From Octopus bimaculoides (Eukaryota), in the NCBI RefSeq assembly GCF_001194135.2, contig NC_068989.1, forward strand, positions 3,636,006-3,700,005: a DNA stretch of 64,000 nucleotides. The letters run 5' to 3'. The notes beneath the pieces are model-generated. The model worked only from the letters and a program-made list of their open reading frames with translations, was not told the origin of the DNA and ran no database searches. Position numbers and translations under genes: made by a program. Of the stretch, positions 39,081 to 52,629 are shown piece by piece (within the stretch, counting starts at the first letter, position 1; each line of letters starts with the position of its first letter).

Positions 39081-39695
39081 AAAAATACATGCAGGCAATA
39101 TATACATACAGATGTACATACATGCTTACATATAAACATATGTATGTGTATATATATACATGCACACACACACACACACNNNNNNNNNNGTGTATATATA
39201 TACATATATATGTCTATTATGTATGTATATATGTATGTGTATATATATACATATATATGTCTATTATGTACATATATGTATATATATATGTATATATATA
39301 TATGTGTATATATGTATGTATATATATATGTATGCATGTATGTATGTATATATATATATATATATGATGTGATCTGTATCGCATAAAGAACAAATTACGA
39401 AACATGTGCTTGTATGTGTGTGTGTTTGTACGTATGCATATATGCATGAATGCACGAATGCATATATGTATAATGTATGTGCTTGTATAGATGCATCTCG
39501 GGATTAATTATCTTCGCTTATTATTTACATTAATGACACTTTGATTTACTTGTTCTTCGAAATTATTGATTAACCCGAAATTTGGAAATAAAATGCGATA
39601 AATATGAATGTTTAGATATTTGTTTATATATTTCTTCCACTGTTTATCAGTTCTTCCTGCTTCTTTCTCTCTATCTCTCACAGTCTCGCTCCATC

Positions 39696-39704
<9 letters not shown>

Positions 39705-39772
<68 letters not shown>

Positions 39773-39790
39773 TTATCTATTTATCTATCT
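39705..39790. repeat. (TCTA)n microsatellite
   Basis: Pure tcta run. Confidence 0.95.
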
Positions 39791-41179
39791 AACAATAGGT
39801 GTCGCTTTAGTAGTTGTCAGTGATTACTGTGTGGACCATGTTTCGGTCAGTCTATCAATTACAATCACTATAGCAGTTGGCACTTTGGCAAGGTGTAGTG
39901 ATTCTATGTATGTATGTATGTATGTATGTATGTATGTATGTATGTATGTATGTTATCAATCAGTTTCATTTCTGTATTTCTTGTCCATAGAGAAAGAGCT
40001 AGACTCTAACATAGATTCAAGGCTCCTTCAATGGAACTTTTATCAACATCATCTAGGTATTTGTGTATATGTGTGTGTGTGTGTGTGCAGTATTTGGTGT
40101 TAGTGTATGCGCAGATTTGTATGTTTGTTTTATGGATGCGTTTTTATGTATATATGTTCACGTCTAGATGCATGCATATGTAGTTATGTACTAAATTTTT
40201 GGAAAGTTTTACATATCTTTACAGTTCCATTGATGGCTTGAATCTGTAGTCTTCTAATCAGCCTTTTTCTTTCAGGTTTTGAAAACCCTAATGTTTCCAG
40301 GTTTTTGTATGTGTGTATGTATGTATGTATGTATGTATGTATGTATGTTGTTTAACCACTGGGTAAGTTTCAACTAGTGAAAGCTTACAATTCAAGTGAA
40401 ACCCGAGAAGAGTTAAAATTTCACTTCAGTAGCAATATATTCACAGCAACTCAAGTTTCCAGCCAGCTGAAATATTTTTAGTGTTTAGAAAATAAGAGAA
40501 GCTATTTTTTCTTCAATCATTCACCGAATATAAAATACTAACAACAATGGCTACCGATAGTTTATGAGAAATCTCGATAAACATCTGTATTTTAGAGACC
40601 GAGTAAAAAATATCTGTATTTTAGAGACCAAGTAAAGATGTTAGAGGTGAGAAGTCGGACTGTCAATATTGTTCTTGGTATACAATTATATTTTTATACT
40701 CTATCTCTATTTTAAAGCAACATTATTCAATTTACGCTTTCATATACTTTTCATACGACTTACATATTCTGGTGCTATCAATTTTTCGGTGGTTATATTT
40801 TTGATATTTTCACCTGGCTAGCGGTAAAAGGTCAATGTACAACCGTTACACTTATAAACTAATAATAACCTTTCGTTATTTCTCATCAGTCAACTGCAAC
40901 TCGTAATTATATTCAAGACCTGTATACGTTTTAATTGTATTTTGGGTGGGAAAGCGTACAATACACACAGATAGTTAGTGCACAAACTGGACCAGATATC
41001 TAAAACCGAACGTCGAGTAAAGAGAGATAGAATCCACGCATGCAACAGTTTGCTTGCTATTGACAATGTACCGGTTGAGTTAATGGAAATACAACAGAAT
41101 GAAAGATCGTGTGGCGTTTATGATATCAAAGCATTTATAAAATAATTATACAAAAGCGAGCATAACAAATATATATAGA

Positions 41180-41215
<36 letters not shown>

Positions 41216-41224
41216 ATCTTCTAT

Positions 41225-41699
41225 ACTTTATTTTACTTGTTTCAGTCATAAGACTGTGGCCAAATTGAGGCACAGCCTTCTACATATTTAGTCTGGTGGT
41301 ACGTATTCAATCGATTTCTTTTACCGACCCAATAAGCCAAGGGAACGTAAACAAACCAGCAACGGTTGTCAAGCAGTGGTGGGGACCAAAAATACAGACA
41401 TAAAGACACATACACACATATAACCTGGCATTCCGTCGGTCACGAAGATGAGTGTGCCAGATGCTACGTCCAACGGAACAACTTGCTCGTGAAACGAACG
41501 TGCAAGCCGCTGAGTAGTCCAAAGACTATATATGTGCGTGTATATATATATATATACGTCTACTAAATCCACTTACAAGGCTTTGGTCGGCCCGAGGCTA
41601 CAGTAGAAGATACTTGCCTCAGCTGCAACGCAGCGGGACGGAACCCGGAACCATGTGGTTGGTAGGCAAGCTTCTTACCACACAGCCACTCCAGCGCCT
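41225..41699 (-). mobile_element. SINE family A, full length, with nested family C fragment
   Basis: Tail ttacttgtttcagtcat at 41232; head acacagccactccagcgcct at 41680-41699. Confidence 0.9.
41425..41526 (-). mobile_element. SINE family C 3' domain nested in the internal microsatellite of a family A copy
   Basis: tggcattccgtcggtcacgaagatgag...gctcgtgaaacgaacgtgcaagccgctgagt is a diverged reverse complement of about 58950-59048. Confidence 0.85.
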
Positions 41700-41724
41700 A
41701 TATGATTATCTTTTATCGTTTGCT

Positions 41725-42112
41725 TACTATCATTTCATTCATTGGACTGCGGCCATTCTGGGACGCTTTTATATGACGTTTGGTCGAACACAACTACTAT
41801 AATAGTTGTGTTAGCTTGGCACTTATACTATCGGTCTCATTTGCCGAACCGTTAGATTACAGGAACGTAAACAAACCAACATTGGTTGTAATGCAGTGTG
41901 GGGTGGTGGTGACAAACACAGATGCATACATATTCACACACACAGCACACACATATAAATACGACAAGCTTCCATAGTTTCCGTCTATGAAATTCACTGG
42001 CAAGGCATTGGGTCATTTCAGGGACCAAAAGAAAACACTTGTTCAAGTGATTGAACGCGAAACCGCGTGGTTGCAAAGCGAGCTTTTTAACCACCCAGCC
42101 ATGCTTGCACCT
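41725..42112 (-). mobile_element. SINE family A, second tandem copy, diverged
   Basis: ttggactgcggccattctgg...gtttccgtctatgaaattcact...ttaaccacccagccatgc. Confidence 0.82.
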
Positions 42113-42433
42113 ATATAGAATTAGCAGAACAACATGGAATTATTTAGAATCTTCAGTATTATGGCGCAGATTTGTGCAGCGGGTGGAAGATAGAGGGAGA
42201 TGTTGGTTGAACTGATGCAGTCCTGAGATTCATGGCGTGGGGCTGTATGGGGCGGTGCAGCACTGAATGGTATTAGTGCAGCGTTATTGTCATCGTGGGT
42301 ATCTTGCAGCGAAGTGTGCACTGGTGCACAGTGCAGCAGCTACGGCTTGGTGTGAAGTGGAGGAGAAGCAGAAATGCATTGAACGAAGGAATAACAATGG
42401 TTACACATACACACACCCTTACAGACATCCATA

Positions 42434-42491
<58 letters not shown>

Positions 42492-42872
42492 CATATATAT
42501 ATACATAAATTCTCAAATACTGACATGTATATACATCTCTAAAAGAGCAGGAATCCATTCATGTACTCACATGTACAAATACATACACACATCTATTCAA
42601 ATACTGAATATATAATAGGCTTAAAGGAAGCATATACATGTATGCACACGCACATTGATATTCACAGGAACATACAGATAAGCGAAGCACATGCCCAAAT
42701 ATATGGTAAGAAAATCACACATTTACACACGGGGTGGTCATGGACGTTTACGCACATACGGGTGCTCACATACGTGCACACGCAGATATATATACACTCA
42801 TATTATATGAAAGTATACGAATGCATACGTGGATATATACATATTATGTATCTGTGTGTGTTGTGTGTATGA

Positions 42873-42912
<40 letters not shown>

Positions 42913-43485
42913 NNNNNNNNNNNNNNNNNNNNNNNNNNNNNNNNNNNNNNNNNNNNNNNNNNNNNNNNNNNNNNNNNNNNNNNNNNNNNNNNNNNNNNNN
43001 NNNNNNNNNNNNNNNNNNNNNNNNNNNNNNNNNNNNNNNNNNNNNNNNNNNNNNNNNNNNNNNNNNNNNNNNNNNNNNNNNNNNNNNNNNNNNNNNNNNN
43101 NNNNNNNNNNNNNNNNNNNNNNNNNNNNNNNNNNNNNNNNNNNNNNNNNNNNNNNNNNNNNNNNNNNNNNNNNNNNNNNNNNNNNNNNNNNNNNNNNNNN
43201 NNNNNNNNNNNNNNNNNNNNNNNNNNNNNNNNNNNNNNNNNNNNNNNNNNNNNNNNNNNNNNNNNNNNNNNNNNNNNNNNNNNNNNNNNNNNNNNNNNNN
43301 NNNNNNNNNNNNNNNNNNNNNNNATAGGCGGAGGGGTAGGTAAAGTGGCAAGTGGATCGATAGATCGATAAATATGCGGGTAGGTATATAAAAACACGCG
43401 CACAGACATCCATCAATCAATCCATGCATACATACATACGCATATATATATATATATATATATACAGACATACACACACACACAC

Positions 43486-43528
<43 letters not shown>

Positions 43529-43695
43529 GATATGTCACCGCCAGATGCATATATATTGGCAGCGTTAGAGAAAGAGGGAGAGAGAAACAGAGTGTCGACA
43601 GAAAGACAAGCAGGATTGAGTGAAAGAGAGAGACAGAGAGAGAGGTAGATAGGTAGATAGGTAGATAGATGTACAGAGAGATGTGGAGAGATGTG

Positions 43696-43726
<31 letters not shown>

Positions 43727-44204
43727 GGAAACGGAGAGAGAGAGAGAGAAAGAGAGAGATACTAAAGTAGAGACTGAGACAGGCCAGGAGACGGAGAAAT
43801 GGAGAGAAAGACAGAGATAGAGGTATACAGATAGAAAGGTAGACAGAAACGTACCATAAATTATAGACAAAAGTGCCTGATTGAATAAACATGTGACAAA
43901 ATGTGTTCCCGCCGTGACCAACACACCTTTTCATAGACACAGTACTCCTTGGATTACGTTAAGCAACAAAGTAACCTTTCTTAAGAAGTGAACGTAGGTT
44001 TCGAGGGACATTTTGCTGCTATTTCTAGCAAACTGTGTTATCATCCAGAGGCGCTTCCATAATCTTGTTTTAGAGATGTATAATGTCGGATATAGAGGCA
44101 GATACGAGATACGGAGATAAAGCCATAGATGTGTATAGAGGCGAGTGGAGGAAATGGGGTAGGGGGTTGTAGCTTGTTTGGAATATTATATATTCGTTTG
44201 TTCT

Positions 44205-44436
44205 TATATTCTTTCACTTGTTTCATTCATTTGACTGCGGCTATTCTGGAGCACCGCCTTGAAGAGTCTTTAGTCGAGCAAATCGACTCAACGACTCATT
44301 TCTTAAGCTTAACATTTATTCTATCGGTCCCTTTTACCGAACTGCTAGATAACGGGGACGTAAACACACCAACACCGGTTGTCAAGTGGTGATGTGGGCG
44401 GGGGAGAAACACAGATGCACACACATAGATACACAG

Positions 44437-44475
<39 letters not shown>

Positions 44476-44593
44476 TACAACGGGCTTCTTTCAGTTTCCG
44501 TCTACCAAATCCACTCACAAGGCTTGGTCGGCCCGAGGCTATAGTAGAAGACACTTGCCCAAGATGCCACGCAGTGGGACTGAATCCAGAACC
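44205..44593 (-). mobile_element. SINE family A, head cut by a gap
   Basis: ttcacttgtttcattcatttgactgcgg...gccacgcagtgggactgaatccagaacc. Confidence 0.92.
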
Positions 44594-44603
44594 NNNNNNN
44601 NNN

Positions 44604-44638
<35 letters not shown>

Positions 44639-45029
44639 TGCATATGTATATGTATGTATGTATGTATATGTATGTTTGTATTTGAACGTGTATTCATATA
44701 TACAAATATGGCTATGTTTGTATAAATGTAAATATGTATATTTGTGTATAGATACATACACGTACATATGAATATTGTTTTATCTTTCCCTGTGACATGT
44801 TTCTCAAATCCATCAAACGATATTCGTGCACAAAATGGTTGTAAGTACGCAATAGCAAGAAATTTTATTAAAATGTATGGAAATGAAATTCTAAAACAAT
44901 AAGAAGCGTATTTATTTAAAGAATTTCAATATTAAAAGAACTTTTGAACCTTGTATGTGTGTACATATCAATCTTTCATTCATTCTCTTAGTCAATCAAT
45001 CAATCACTCACTCACTCAATCAGTCACTC

Positions 45030-45035
45030 TACCTG

Positions 45036-45099
<64 letters not shown>

Positions 45100-45100
45100 C

Positions 45101-45148
<48 letters not shown>

Positions 45149-45159
45149 TTATCTATCTA

Positions 45160-45190
<31 letters not shown>
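45030..45190. repeat. (TCTA)n/(TCTG)n microsatellite
   Basis: Long tetranucleotide run. Confidence 0.95.
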
Positions 45191-45191
<1 letters not shown>

Positions 45192-45253
45192 CGCACACAG
45201 ATAAACACACATACACACACAAACACACACGCACTATAACACATAAACACACA

Positions 45254-45345
45254 GATATGGTTGTGTGGTTAAGAAGTTCGTTTAGCAATCGTACGGTTTG
45301 TGGTTCAGTTCCACGGCGAAGCAACATGGACAAATGTCGATACAC
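45254..45345 (+). mobile_element. SINE family A-like head
   Basis: atggttgtgtggttaagaagttcg...ggttcagttccac. Confidence 0.6.
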
Positions 45346-45900
45346 GTTTCCTTCTATTTTCAAGAATATAAGAGGCGATTATGAATGAAATTTGACTGCT
45401 ATTTTTGGCAGCTCAAGCGAGGAAGTAGATACTACTTTGTTGGCCACACAATGTCGTTTCGCATAAGAAGCTATACACAAAGATTTCGGAAAAAAGGTCA
45501 CGATTTTAGACGAGGTCAAAACTTAGCGATAACGGCTAAACTTGACTGAACATAAATAATATTGACTTAATAGGGCGGAAAAAATCCCATTTTGTGTGTG
45601 TCTGTGTGTGTATGTATATGAACTGGCTGACACACAGAGGTGAGTATTGGTTAAGTGAACGCACAGATGAAATTATGTATGCATATTCAGTGGCAATAGG
45701 TGGAACGAAATACGAAACTATTGTTCTTTTCAAGAAACTACTTAAATCCTTTGAACGGAATTGTTTGAATGTCAAACAATGTATTAGCAGTGATTTAATG
45801 CTCTTTGTTAAATGCTATGCACACACACACACACGCACAGACACAGGCACAGACACACATATTTCAATATATATAAGTAAATAAGTATATATAAGTAAAT

Positions 45901-45957
<57 letters not shown>

Positions 45958-46493
45958 NNNNNNNNNNNNNNNNNNNNNNNNNNNNNNNNNNNNNNNNNNN
46001 NNNNNNNNNNNNNNNNNNNNNNNNNNNNNNNNNNNNNNNNNNNNNNNNNNNNNNNNNNNNNNNNNNNNNNNNNNNNNNNNNNNNNNNNNNNNNNNNNNNN
46101 NNNNNNNNNNNNNNNNNNNNNNNNNNNNNNNNNNNNNNNNNNNNNNNNNNNNNNNNNNNNNNNNNNNNNNNNNNNNNNNNNNNNNNNNATATATATATAT
46201 ATATATATATAAAGAGATGGTTTGTTGCCAACTTGATGTGGCAGTCCCAGTAAAGGGAGAAATACTACTGCTATACAGCCTCAAGAAACACCATTTCCAG
46301 TTGGCTATGTGATACAAGCGTACCTAAATGCCCTCTCCAATTCTTTCTCTTTGATTCACAGGTCTACACTTAGAGAGGTATCATCCACTCTTGCCATTTT
46401 CGCAACATTCACCCATCTTTCAATAAACTCACTCGAGGACAACTCTTCCCTCTCCACTCTCAATTATCACTTTAAGTTCAACTTGAAAAAATC

Positions 46494-46549
<56 letters not shown>

Positions 46550-46567
46550 TATTAATGATAATAATAA

Positions 46568-46938
46568 CGCATGTCTGACAATCGACATAGCATGTCCTGA
46601 TGACAACAAGATAGAAGAGAAAGAAAAAAAAACTGAACAATCATGTATGATTTGAAATGGGAAATACGCTGAATGTGAGCAATGAAGAAAGTGGACGAGA
46701 CACCAATAGTAATTGGCGCGTTTGGAAGTATCAGCGCTCAACTACGAACATCGCTCAAAAAGATTGGTACAAATGTAAAGGTAGAACACCTACAGAAATC
46801 TTCCTTTCTTGGAACTGCAAGAATTCTTCGCAGGGTTCTTGAAGCATGACCAGTAAACAAGCGTCACCTTAGTCTGCTGGCTGTGGGCACCTGACACTTT
46901 CCATCATACACAGCAAAATAAGCTGACAGTTTTCATGA

Positions 46939-46940
<2 letters not shown>
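46568..46940 (+). mobile_element. R4/Dong-type 3' end (second subfamily) flanked on both sides by (TAA)n
   Basis: LTIDIACPDDNKIEEKEK...DLKWEIR*M...PIVIGAFGS...LQKSSFLGTARILRRVLEA*, short UTR, then (TAA)n. Confidence 0.85.
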
Positions 46941-46993
<53 letters not shown>

Positions 46994-47007
46994 GAGACGG
47001 AGAAGAA

Positions 47008-47092
47008 ACATCCCTTGTCCTTCGCTCGCCCTAGGACGATGGGTGTGTCTCGGTGAGTGATTGTAACAAACATGCAGATTAAAAGTAACTAA
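47008..47092 (+). mobile_element. Solo R4 3' UTR tip (same family as 20075-20995)
   Basis: cttcgctcgccctaggacgatgggtgtgtctc...gtgattgtaacaaacatgcagattaaaa closely matches 20924-20990. Confidence 0.85.
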
Positions 47093-47114
47093 CAACAACA
47101 ACAATAATATTTTC

Positions 47115-47320
47115 AAATTTTTCCACAAGGGCAGCCATTTTGGGGGAGTGCATGAATCGATTACATCGACCCCAGTGTTCAATTGGTACTTATTTTATCG
47201 ACCCCGAGAGTATGAAAGGCAAAATCGATCTCGGCGGAATTTGTACTCAGAACGTAGCGACGGGCGAAATCCCGCTAAGCATTTTGTCCAGCGAGGTAAC
47301 GATTTTGCCAGCTCGTCGCC

Positions 47321-47321
<1 letters not shown>
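47115..47321 (-). mobile_element. SINE family B, near full length, head abutting (TAA)n
   Basis: gtcgattacatcgacc-like segment...gaaaggcaaaatcgatctcggcggaatttgtactcagaacg...gccagctcgtcgcc|ttaataat. Confidence 0.9.
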
Positions 47322-47353
<32 letters not shown>

Positions 47354-47707
47354 NNNNNNNNNNNNNNNNNNNNNNNNNNNNNNNNNNNNNNNNNNNNNNN
47401 NNNNNNNNNNNNNNNNNNNNNNNNNNNNNNNNNNNNNNNNNNNNNNNNNNNNNNNNNNNNNNNNNNNNNNNNNNNNNNNNNNNNNNNNNNNNNNNNNNNN
47501 NNNNNNNNNNNNNNNNNNNNNNNNNNNNNNNNNNNNNNNNNNNNNNNNNNNNNNNNNNNNNNNNNNNNNNNNNNNNNNNNNNNNNNNNNNNNNNNNNNNN
47601 NNNNNNNNNNNNNNNNNNNNNNNNNNNNNNNNNNNNNNNNNNNNNNNNNNNNNNNNNNNNNNNNNNNNNNNNNNNNNNNNNNNNNNNNNNNNNNNNNNNN
47701 NNNNNNN

Positions 47708-47778
<71 letters not shown>

Positions 47779-48019
47779 GAAACAATAGTTTTTCAAGTTC
47801 TATTACACTATATTTTTTTGTTGGCAAAATGACAAATTCATAACTGCTCAATTTGTATGTATGTGTACGTATGTATATTTGTGTGTATGTATGTGTGTGT
47901 GTGTGTGTGTGTCACTATGTATGGTGTGTCTGTGTGCGTGTGATCATATGCATTATTCAGGATATAGACGATGGTTTGTTCTATTTTCAGATGTTTATAT
48001 AGAAATAAGTTGACGTGCA

Positions 48020-48720
48020 TGACGTCTCTGATTTCCAAAGAGGCCAAATAGTTGGAACGCAGATGACCGGAGATTCAGTCACTCAAACCGTTGAATTGTT
48101 TTATGTTTCGAGAGGTACAGTCTCTAAAATCTTGTTGGCATTTCAAAACCCAAGGTAAAACCAGCTCTGGCAATCATAATTCTTGACAGGAGGTAAAACT
48201 CAGAGGGGAAGAGCAAAGAATGGTAAGACGAATCGTATTTAAAACCACCAATCTATTATCCCAAACGTTACGTCATGAGCTTCATAAAGCTGGATAACAT
48301 TGGGGGTAGGTTAGGGGTGAGGGCTTCATTAGCGAAACCTCTTCTGCCCCGCCATCAACATTAATAAGCGAAAACAAAATGGTGTCTAGACCATCAAATG
48401 GTCAGTGACTTAACGGAACAATGTCATCTTCCCTGGTGGATCCTCATTCCCTCTCTTTTCCACTTCATTGAAAGTTTATGTCAAAAGACAGCTGAAAGGA
48501 CTCTTCAAGCCTGACTGTTTGGAGGTGGGTCTGTGAGGATTTTGGCAGACCTATAACGAGATTTTCTTGGCCCCTTTAGAAAGTGAACGCCAGGGATTAT
48601 GTGAAAATTTTGTTTGATCATCTCAGCCCTATGATACAAACGTTGTTTCCTGGTGTTGGTGCAATCTTCCAGGATGACAATACGCCATTTCACATAGCTA
48701 ATGTTATTGAAAATATGTAA
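48020..48720 (+). mobile_element. Tc1/mariner transposase remnant
   Basis: SDFQRGQIVGTQMTGDSVTQTVELFYVSRGTVSK (HTH); LRHELHKAG; KWCLDH...NVIFPGGSSF...FKPDCL; GGSVRIW; YVKILFDHLSPMIQTLFP...AIFQDDNTPFHIA. Confidence 0.9.
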
Positions 48721-49739
48721 GGGAAGAAAAAGTGAAACAGGCCTATGACGTAGTGATAATCTGGAAAGCTGAGGTTTTCAGAAAAAGAAATCATCCAGCT
48801 GATAAGCAAATTACAAACATAAGCGGAACGGTAAAAGTATGCAAAACATTTCTTAAGTTCAAAATGTGACNNNNNNNNNNNNNNNNNNNNNNNNNNNNNN
48901 NNNNNNNNNNNNNNNNNNNNNNNNNNNNNNNNNNNNNNNNNNNNNNNNNNNNNNNNNNNNNNNNNNNNNNNNNNNNNNNNNNNNNNNNNNNNNNNNNNNN
49001 NNNNNNNNNNNNNNNNNNNNNNNNNNNNNNNNNNNNNNNNNNNNNNNNNNNNNNNNNNNNNNNNNNNNNNNNNNNNNNNNNNNNNNNNNNNNNNNNNNNN
49101 NNNNNNNNNNNNNNNNNNNNNNNNNNNNNATATTGGTGCACTTTGTTATGTTAATAAAATTAGAAGTGATAATCTAGAGAAGCTCCAAGGAACAAAGAAA
49201 TAGACCGATCAACACGCATTTCACAGATACAATCTGCAAGACTTTTCACAAATTCTAAATTGACATTCTTCTTGTTATCTACGTTCCAAAGATGGAGTTT
49301 TGTATCTTTGTTACAAACCAGCTCCTTCTATACAAGAAGACTTCAAATAATTCAAAATAGAAGAGAAGATACTTACCTACATACATATTTACATACTTAG
49401 ATATATGCATATATGTGTGCGTGTGTGTGGTGCACACATACACCCGCATTCTCTCTCCCCACCCTGTCTCGCACACACACACACACACACACAAATCTTG
49501 GTTCATTTTCTTTTCATCTGCACATGAAACCACTTTCTTTATTCCTGTCGCTTTCGGGTCATTTCAGAAATGGTGCTGATCTTAGACAAAAACCTGTTAT
49601 AATTATTGTTCGTTTCTCTCTTTTCTTTCTTCTTTTTTTTTTGTTTTCCACTCTTTTCTTTCCGTTTTTTCCCCCTTTTCTCTTCTCTTTCGTTCTTGCT
49701 TTCCATTCGAGAAATTTCCATTTCTCTCAGCGCTAACCT

Positions 49740-50978
49740 AATGACAATAGAGAGAGAACCGTGAAAGAAAGGAAGCGAACGAAGGTCAAAATGAAGACGT
49801 AAAAAAAATAATTAAAGAGGAAATGAGATATGAAGAAAAGACGGGAGAGAGTGAAGAAAGAAATAATTGAAGGAAGTGAAGGAAAAACTCCAAATAAAAG
49901 AGTGAAAGATAAATTGTGAATAAATTCACACAGAGTGAATGAGTGAGAAGGACGGAATATAAAAGATGACACATGAAGTGAACAGTGAGATCTGTACAGA
50001 TGTATACAGGTGCATGTGTGTTTGCGTGTCTTTATTCTTTTCTATTCTAGGTACAAGGCCTGAGATTTTTGGGGTGAGGGCCAACCGATTAGGTCGACCC
50101 CAGTACGTAACCGATACTTAATCGCCCCCGAAAGGATGAAAGACAAACAAACAAAACAAACGATAGGATGAACGCCAAACTTAAGAGGAACTGCTGGGAT
50201 TGGTTTCTTCGACTAAAAGCATTCTAGGCTGTCACAGCATGGCCGCAGTCCAATGACTGAAACAAGTATAAGATAAAAGATGGAACAATGGAAGGCAGAG
50301 TTGAACTAGAGGTGATTTGAACTCAGATTGCTAAAGACAATCTGATATGGCATTTTGTCCGACGTGCTGATAATTGATCAAATTTCCCGTCCTCAGTAGC
50401 CTTGAGTGAAGATGAAAGAATGATGAATGAAATAAACTTTAGAATGAAAAGACTTGAAGAATAAGCGAATGTTCCTGACATACGCATGAGACCAGAAATT
50501 TTAATGAAGGGATTACTCTAATATATCGACCCCAGTACATGTCTGGTATTTTACTTTATTGACCCCGAAAGGTTGAAAGGCAAAGGCGAACTCGGTGTGA
50601 TTCGAATTCAGAATGTAACGGTCCAGGAGTAAAGTACCGTGTGGCATTTTGTCTGACGCTTTAACGGATGTACCAGTACCCGGCTGAATAACGAGAACAA
50701 AAGAATGACAGAATAAAGAATGGAGAATGAAGAAGTAGAATTATGAATGAAAGAGGAATGAAGACTAAATGATAATAAGCAGAAGTAATTGAGGACAAAC
50801 GCAGAAATATATAGAAAGTCTGGAATGGTTTGATCGATCGAAGAACTTGCTTTAGAGGCAGGACTTGTATGGTAGAGGTGGGAGGAGGATAAGAGAAAAG
50901 ATTGGAGAAGAGAAAGCGAGTGAGAGAGATATAGAGAGAGGGAGGGAGGTGATGAAAGTAAAAATGAGTGAGAAAATG

Positions 50979-51026
<48 letters not shown>

Positions 51027-51036
51027 NNNNNNNNNN

Positions 51037-51075
<39 letters not shown>

Positions 51076-51750
51076 AGAAAAAGAGATGGGAGGGAAGTGT
51101 GAAAGTGAAAGTGAAAGTAAAAAATTGAGTGTGGAAGATTCAGAAAATAGAAAACAGAGAGAAAGATAGAGAGAGAGAGAGAGAGGGGGGAGGGAGGGAG
51201 AAGAGGGAGAGAGAGGGAGAAAGAGGAAGAAAGAGAGCGAGAGTGATGTAGATGGATGTAGATGAGAAGAATAAAGTGGAGTAATTTGGAACAAGATTAC
51301 AGAAAGAGAAAAAGAATGAGAGAGAGAGAGAGAACAAGAGAGGGGAGAGAGATGGAAAAGAAGTGAAAAGAAGAAAGACAGGGTGAAAGGAAAATAAAGT
51401 GACTAAGTAAATGGGTAAGAGGGAGAGAGAGTGTGCAAGAGAGAGAGAATACAATAACAAAGATGAAAGAGATTTTGGTAAGGATAAAGAGAATGGTTAT
51501 ATAAGAAAAGGAAAGATGAGAATAGGAGATAAAAGGAGAGAGAGAGAGAAGCATAGAGAGGGAATGTTAGTAAAGGTATGGAAAGAGAGAAGATACAAAT
51601 TATAAACAAGAAGAAAGTGAGGTCGTCGTATTTGGTAAAGTGTAAGTTGGAAAAGAGGAGAGGAAAAAAGTGGGAGAGAGAAGAAGTGGAAAAGAACACA
51701 GGAAAAGACAATGGGAGAGAGAGAGGGGGGAGAGGGAGGAGAGAAAGAGA
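49740..51750. repeat. Purine-rich (AG/AAG) low-complexity region with SINE scraps
   Basis: Strong strand asymmetry; family B fragments at about 50040-50150, 50290-50390 and 50500-50670 (minus); family A tail at 50195-50278 (plus). Confidence 0.8.
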
Positions 51751-52029
51751 AGCTGATGCGTACGTAATGTGTGTGTGTGCGAGTATACATATACATATAT
51801 TTATGTGTGTGTGTATGGTTGGTGATGTTATGGTATGAGTGTGTGTAAAAGGAAGGAGAGAGAGCGTGAATTAGGTACATACATATACATATATACATAC
51901 ATATACATATATACATACGTATACATACATATATACATACGTATACATATACAAAACACATATTCACGCACATAGCCATACATACACTCGTACACGGATA
52001 TATATACATATACATATATATATACATGC

Positions 52030-52064
<35 letters not shown>

Positions 52065-52380
52065 NNNNNNNNNNNNNNNNNNNNNNNNNNNNNNNNNNNN
52101 NNNNNNNNNNNNNNNNNNNNNNNNNNNNNNNNNNNNNNNNNNNNNNNNNNNNNNNNNNNNNNNNNNNNNNNNNNNNNNNNNNNNNNNNNNNNNNNNNNNN
52201 NNNNNNNNNNNNNNNNNNNNNNNNNNNNNNNNNNNNNNNNNNNNNNNNNNNNNNNNNNNNNNNNNNNNNNNNNNNNNNNNNNNNNNNNGTTTATATGGAT
52301 ATAATATATATATATATATATATATGCATATGAACGTACATACCCGCACACACATGTATCTAACTGACTCTCTCACACTC

Positions 52381-52434
<54 letters not shown>

Positions 52435-52629
52435 TTTCATAAATAAACACTGAGATTTCACACCTTTTGAATGTCTTTATTTACTAAAACCTTCGTTAGG
52501 TATTGAATAATCTTACCTCATATTTTCTAAGCATGCGCGTACACGCGCACAAACAGACGCAATCACACACACATTCGTGTGTGTGTGTGTGTGTGTATGC
52601 CTGTGTATATATAGATGCGTGCATGTATA

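Noticed and set aside
40865-40895. Minus-strand CTGATGA-GAAATAAC-GAAA
   Set aside because: Helix II is 1 bp and helices I and III are unsupported; expected by chance.
49130-49270. IGALCYV...NLEKLQG resembling an R4 C-terminus
   Set aside because: Only a short motif next to a gap; not enough to annotate.
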